The position numbers and the translations under genes are program-made. A stretch of DNA of 64,000 bases from the human T2T-CHM13v2.0 reference genome, Homo sapiens, in NCBI RefSeq assembly GCF_009914755.1, contig NC_060929.1, one strand, 5' to 3'. Positions 52,332 to 64,000 of this stretch are shown here, in pieces. A model generated the notes under the pieces. That model ran no database searches and had not been told where the DNA came from. It saw only the letters and a list, made by a program, of their open reading frames with translations. How positions within the stretch are numbered: position 1 is the stretch's first letter; each line of letters starts with the position of its first letter.

Positions 52332-55300
52332 TCATAAACTTGCCATCAGATATTTATAGTTTGTGGTTACAGTTTATGTGAACTAGCTTAGAAGAAGGGC
52401 CTGTTTGAGTTGGCACAGGAATATCATTTTATTTCCATGCCGGGAGCAAATGCTGAAATCTGAATGCACTTTTTTGTGCCTGTTTTGTCAAAGCCAAAGT
52501 GAGCTACTTATTAAAAATTGGGAGATATATTTCAAATATGACTGTATCAATGCCCTTAGCCAAAAGCCACTAGGAATATGCTGCCAGTTAAACAAATTGG
52601 GTTTGTTACTCATTGCAGCGAGGGAGAACAGGCGCCACAGGGAACTGTGGGATATTGCAGCACAGGGGTGTTAGAAAAACTTTCTAGGATTTGGGTTTAT
52701 GTTAGGTGATTTTGAAGGGTTCAAGGAAGCTGGGTTTGCTCTTGATTGGAGACTCTCAGGATGTAGGGGCAATTCTATGATTAGGTATCTTACCATATTT
52801 TATCTAAGGGAAGGGAAGACCAGACCCATGCTAAAGGTGTAATTGGGAAAAAAGCAGCAGGCACTTATATTAATATTTGCCAGGATAGGGAGATGTTTGG
52901 TATTTTGAGGCTTGGGCAATGTTCATGCTTTGTCTGTATTCAGATATGATTATGGGGAGGCCTTATTTTTGTCTTTATCCATCATGGTCACAGAGTGACT
53001 TTATATGATGTTGATGTTCGGTGAAATTGTTAGTGTTTCACAGGAAAACACTGTGGCCTAACTGCCAGTGCCAGGCCAGCTTCTGATGTCAAGGGCTGCG
53101 TTTCTCTTTCTCAACTACTAGGTTATTAATTGGCTAAAATAACATTCATTTCAAAGATTGCTTCCAATATTCTCCATGTTTTATTCGAAATACAAAACAG
53201 ACACCATTGCATTTCTACGGGTCTGCTAAATTATTGCAATTTTCTTGGTCAACTTCAGAATTAAATCCTTATCATGAAGTTCTTTGGCACTAAATTTAAG
53301 AATCAAAGGGTATGCATTTTTCATTCCTCATTTTACAAAATTTTGATCTGTACAGGGTGGCAATCCAGTAAAACATCAATATGTCTCAGCATCTTGTCTC
53401 AATTTTATAGTCTTGGAAATTCAGTATATTAGATCATCCACATGAGACTGGGTTCCAGGGCATACAGGAACCCTAACCAAAAATACAGGAGCCTAATTTA
53501 GCTGCAAGAATGCTTATGTGTTAATTCACAATAAGAAGTATAAACATCAAAAGTTATAATAGTTAACTCTTACTGAGTGCCTACTATAGGAAGCATGTGA
53601 CATTCATTAGTCCATGAAACCTTCACAATGGCCTTATGTGGTAGTCACTGGGTCATTTGGAAAACACTAGACTTACCATCTCTGTCCGACCCTCCTCTTC
53701 TTCAGGAGCCTCCTAATTATCCTAACTTCTCTCTCAATCTCTCGCTTTCTCTCTCTTATTTCCAAGTCTCATTCCCAAGAGTTGTTGCATCCGCTAACAG
53801 TTTCATGCTTTTGCAATACCCATTTCTCCACTGGTATATTTTCTCATCATTTAGACCAACATACTAGGAGGGTGTCGAAAACTGAGAGGTTCTTTTGCAC
53901 TTCCCTTTCTTTGGAAAAAAAAAAAACCCTCAAAGATGTCTAGAATGTTATATTACTTATGTTTATTTATGTAATCATGAATGAATTCTATGGTTATTAC
54001 AGATTAGATATTAAATGTGTTGGTGTTTTATGTTAGTCTAACTTGAAACTAGGCTCACAAATGTAATAATCTTACAGTAATCTCTTTTTTATTAAAAAAA
54101 TCACATGCATCAGCTTAATATATTTTGCTCTATATTTGCTCAGTCATGCATCTCTAATGCTTCAAGATCAGGTTCAACGACTTGGATCCAGAAGATTCAT
54201 ATATATTAGAGTCTGGGTTTTGGGGGGTGGGTGAGAGAGAGTAGTTTTGTCCTTGTCGTTGTTTTGTTACAATACATGCTTATGGTTAAAAAAAAGAAAA
54301 GGAAAGTATGAAAGAAACAGAGCACAAAGAATAAACAAAACACAACGAACGTAATCCTCCCACCTAGAGGCAACCAGTTACTGATAACATTCTGGGTTGT
54401 ACCCTTCTAGAGGTTTCTCTATACATTCCACATCATGGTGTATGCACAATTGAGTTCTCTGCTTTTTTCCCACATTACATCACATTATAAGCATTTTCTC
54501 CATCTTTAAAAACGTAAACATATAATTTAATTTAATTATGCATGCAATACATAAATAAAATGTCTCCTTTTTCAAATATTAAAGTGTTTAGGTGTAAAGA
54601 TAGGTATCAATAGAATTTCGAACACCACTCCCACGTAGAAGTGTCCTCAGTATGAAAATATCAGAGTTTATTTAGTCATTGTCCTGAGTTATTTCCATTA
54701 TTTTCCTATTCCAACATTGCTGCAATGAATTTCCTTTAATATATGCTTCTTCAGGGTAGGTAAGTAGAAATGGAATTTCTGGGTTATAAATGTGAAAATT
54801 ATTTAGTTATAGTAGACATATTTAATGCTTAAATTAAAAAATCTATTGCATGTTTTTAATGTTCAGCTTCAAATACTTTGGTGAAAATATCTTTGTTTAT
54901 ATATTTTTGTGTTTATTTCATGTTATTTCCTTAAATTTCTAAAAGAACTACTCAAAGGTTATAAAATGTTTTAGACCTCCTGATAGCATCAAATCATTTT
55001 TCAGAAGGATTATTTCAGTTTAGAATCTCCTGGGAATGAATGGGATACTCATTTTACCCTCCAGGCCAACATTAGGTGTTATCATTTAAAATATATTGTT
55101 TTCAATTTGATAGGGAAGAAATGGCATGTTATTTTAATTTGCATTTCTATGATAACTGGTGAGTTTGAACATTTTATATGTTTACTAATCATTTTAACTT
55201 CCTGTATTATAAATTGTCTTTTCATATCCTTTTTCCATTGTATACTAAAGCCTTTGTGTTTTCCGTATCAATTTTCAGAGCTAGTTTCATGGGCCCGTAC

Positions 55301-56332
55301 CTGTGTATTCACACTGGGTCCCACACTTACAAGGGCCTCGAACTTGGTTTAATGCTCTGCTGTCGCCATCTTAGAATTGTTAACAATTTTAGGACAAAAA
55401 TTTCCACCTTTCATTTTGCACTGGGCTCCAGAAATTATGGGGCTCCACAAATTATATAGCCAGTCCTGTCAGTTTATATATATTAGCTTTATATATAACA
55501 AGAGTATCAGCTTTGGTTACATGTTACAACAAACAATTTTTTCTTCAGCTTTTATTTTCTGCGAACAAAAATACATGCTCATTGTAAATCTTAAATTTTA
55601 TAAGATATATAGTATAGAAAGTAAAAGTGGCTAATAATCCCATGTCTGACAACCCCACTGTTAAGTTTTGTGTTTTATATCTATATCTATCTATCTATCT
55701 CCAAATTTCAAACTGTTTTTTACAATAGTGGCTACCACTCTCCAGTTGGTTGTGAGCTGTTTGAGTGTAAGATAACCATGAACCCACAAAGAGCTGCCGC
55801 TTAAAAATTAATCATCTGCTTCTCCACCCTCTTCCAAAGAAAAACTCCACTTCCTTCTTCCATCATAATAGGAAGCTTCTTCTTTTGGTGAATATGACAC
55901 AGTTTCATTTACTACACTTTATGTTCAAAGTGTATTTATTTACCTTCAAACACTTTTTATTACTTACACCATTTTGTTTTCATTGTTCTGATTTTTCTAT
56001 TTGTAAGAATTGTTTGGATGTCTTGGGATGGAATACACTGTGATCATAATTTTTCTCCATTAAAATGAATGAAAATACTTTTTCACTTAATGGCAAGATC
56101 TTCAGGAACAATTTAAAGTCATTAATTGAGGCCTACGTATTATTTTATTTATATATTCTATGAAAATGAACAATCCATTTTGTATCCTGCCTTTATCAAG
56201 GGCACTATATCTTGGACATCTTTCTGTAACAGTATATATAACTTTAAAAGTAAAGATTTTAAGACAGATTTTTGTATGTAATCTTGTTTAATGCAAATAA
56301 GCTTTAAATAGTATTTGTTCTAAAATCTCCTT

Positions 56333-58137
<1,805 letters not shown>

Positions 58138-58141
58138 CTAG

Positions 58142-58304
<163 letters not shown>

Positions 58305-59089
58305 TAATTTTTGTATTTTTAGTGGAGATGGGGTTTCACCATATGGGCCAGGCTGGTCTCGAACTCCTGACCTCAAGTTATCCACCCGCCTCGGCCTCCC
58401 AAAATGCTGGGATTACAGGTGTGAGCCACCGCACCTGGCAGCCCTTTTTAATTTAATATGATTGCTGGCTTCTGGGCTTATCATATATATCTAGTAACTT
58501 GTGACTTACAGGATATGCAAAGGTTGGTGGTGTATGATTTACTTGCAATCGAATGTAGAATTTTCCTCAAATAATATGACATTTATATTTATGGGGGAAA
58601 GTTACAGCGTGCTGGCTCTTCTTCTAATGGTTATTTGACGTTTTGCTTCAAATCATAAGTCTTGATACCCAAATCAATCTCAAGATTCCTCTCTGTAGAA
58701 AGAAGCTACAACTCACATTTGAAGCTATGTGCTTCTTTCACTATTCTGACTGTGCAGTCCATTTCTATTCTTAGGAGAAGTAAAACAGGTGAGTCTTAGT
58801 GTGCTTAAACCTCCTCATAAAGCTGCTTTGCTTCATGGTCCAGGAATTTTGATTCCTTTCATTTCCCTGCCCTCCTCTGCCTGCCTAACCTTTTAAGAAA
58901 AATACCTAATTCTAAATCCCTTGGTACCTCATCATGACCACAAATGTGTAGTCAGAGATAATTTAAACTCTCCCTTTTCCATGCCACTAGGGAAATTGTT
59001 TGCTTATTCTATAAACTACAAATATTATAGGTGTGAGGAACAATTATATGATGTTGTATTTTCTTTATCAAATTTTGCAAACTTTTGTC

Positions 59090-59398
59090 CTCTCCTCCCT
59101 CCCTCCTTTCTTCTATCCTTCCCTTCCTTCCTTTCTTCCCTCCCTCCTTTCTTCTATCCTTCCCTTCCTTCCTTCCCTCCCTCCTTTCTTCTTTCCTTCC
59201 TTCCTTCTCTCTTTCTTTCTTTCATTCCTTCCTTCCTTCCTTCCCTCCCTCCTTTCTTCTTTCCTTCCTTCTCTCTCTCTTTCTTTCTTTCATTCTTTAC
59301 TTCCTTCCTTTCTCTTTCTTTCTTTTTCTTTCTTTTTTCCTTCTTTCTTTTCTTCTTTCTTTCCTTCCTTTATCTCTCTCTTTTCTTTTCTTTCTTTT
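59090..59398. repeat. Polypyrimidine (CCTT/CTTT)n microsatellite grown from an Alu monomer tail
   Basis: About 310 bp almost entirely C/T, abutting an Alu fragment at 59399-59520. Confidence 0.95.
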
Positions 59399-59626
59399 AG
59401 ATAGAAATGGGGTCTCACTACATTGACTAGGCTGACTGCGAACTTGTGGACTCAAGTGATCCACCCACCTCAGCCCGCCAATGTGTTGCAATCATAGGTG
59501 TGAGCCACCATGCCTGGCCCATTCCACATTTTTTACTTGTACATATACACACACACACATATACATATATACATATATATATGCACACATTTATCTTCAA
59601 TTGTACATTTGTTCTACATGATCTAA

Positions 59627-62742
<3,116 letters not shown>

Positions 62743-62753
62743 AGCCCTATTTT

Positions 62754-63726
62754 TTAAAATCAACTTTTATTTTAAGTTCTGGCATATACGTGCAGGTTTG
62801 TTACATAGGTAAATATGTGCCATGGTGGTTTGCTGCACAGATCAACCCATCACCAGGTATTAAGCTCAGCATCCATTAGCTGTTCTTCCTGATGGTCTCC
62901 CTCCCCTGCAACCACCTCCAACAGTCCTCAGTGTGTGTCGTTCTCCCCCATGTGTTCATGTGTTCTCATAGTTCAGCTTCCACTTGCGGTAGCTTGTTCC
63001 ACTTGCGGAACATGTGGTGTTTGGTTTTTTGTACCTGCACTAGTTTGCTGAGAATAACGGCTTCCAGCTCCATCCATGTCCCTGCAAAGGACATGATCTC
63101 ATTCCTTTTTATGGCTGCATAGTATTCCGTGGTGTATATGCACCATATTTTCTTTATTCAGTCTACTGTTGATAGGCATTTGGGTTGATCCCATATCTTT
63201 GCTCTTGTGAATAGTACTGCAATGAACATATGCGTGCATGTATCTTTATAATAGAATGATTTCTATTCCTTCGGGTATATACCTAGTAATGAGATTGCTG
63301 GAGCAAATAGTATTTCTGTTTGTAGATCTTTGGGGAATCACGACACTGTTTTCCACAATAGTTGAACTAATCTCATTCCCACCAACAGTGTAGAAGTGTT
63401 TCTTTTTCTTCGCAACTTCACCAGTATCTGTTGTTTTTTGTCTTTTTAATAATTGCCATTCTGACTGGCATGAGATGGTACTGCATTGTGGTTTTGATTT
63501 GCATTTCTCTAATGATCTGTGACGTTGAGCTTTTTTTCATCTGTTTGTTGGCTGCACGGATGTCTTCTTTTGAGAAATGTCTATGCATGTCCTTTGCCCA
63601 CTTTTTAATGGAGTTGTTTGTTTTTTTCTTGTAAATTTGTTTAAGTTCCTTGTAGACTCTGGATATTAGACCTTTGTCATATGGATAGATTGCAAAAATT
63701 TTCTCTTATTCTGTAGGTTGTCCGTT
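62754..63726 (-). mobile_element. L1PA (about PA7-8) 3' ~1 kb, 3' partner of a U6/L1 chimera
   Basis: L1 3'UTR and ORF2 end in reverse, joined directly to the U6 3' T-run. Confidence 0.9.
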
Positions 63727-63833
63727 AAAAATATGGAATGCTTCACAAATTTGCATGTCATCTTTGTGCAGGGGCCATGCTAATCTTCTCTGTATCAATC
63801 CAATTTTAGTATATATGCTGCCAAAGTGAGCAC
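63727..63833 (-). pseudogene. U6 snRNA pseudogene, full length 107 nt, fused to L1
   Basis: Minus strand reads GTGCTCACTTTGGCAGCA...ACAGAGAAGATTAGCATGGCCCCTG...CCATATTTTT. CpGs decayed, no PSE/TATA promoter seen. Confidence 0.96.
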
Positions 63834-64000
63834 AGCAGCCTTGTTTTATAGGTGGAAATACTGAGGCTTGGAGTGGTTGATATGCTTAAGGTCACACAAG
63901 CAGCAAGTGGTAGAGCTAGAATTCAACCCAAATTGTGGTATTTTTTTGGGTAGAAAACGAATGTCTTCAATTTATACAGCATCTTGAATTGAGAAGCCTC

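Noticed and set aside
58921-59491. F/L/S/P-rich ORFs up to 159 aa
   Set aside because: Translations of a pyrimidine microsatellite.

Overview
Primate (human-like) genomic DNA, very rich in Alu, L1 and LTR elements. From memory it matches the SPZ1 locus on human 5q14.1, but this was not verified by a search. The one clearly intact gene is the intronless testis gene SPZ1 (18184-19476, +), which carries a near-perfect in-frame 144-bp duplication. Around it lie seven retrocopies of cellular RNAs: ACTB (split by an SVA carrying a 3' transduction), an H/ACA snoRNA, RPL39, RBMX2 (310-codon ORF still open), MED27 (inside a THE1 LTR), HNRNPA1, and a U6/L1 chimera. Reading the unique sequence between repeats by eye suggests two heavily decayed multi-exon genes that the ORF track does not show. 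One is on the minus strand (~9.9-51.4 kb) with collinear signal-peptide, receptor L-domain, furin-like Cys-rich and tyrosine-kinase-like pieces (EGFR/INSR-type), and SPZ1 sits in one of its introns. The other is a weaker plus-strand MAM-domain-like relic (~53-62.6 kb). Both fossil-gene calls are inferences that need profile searches and synteny checks. Pseudogene symbols, repeat subfamilies and parent protein sequences are recalled, not looked up.
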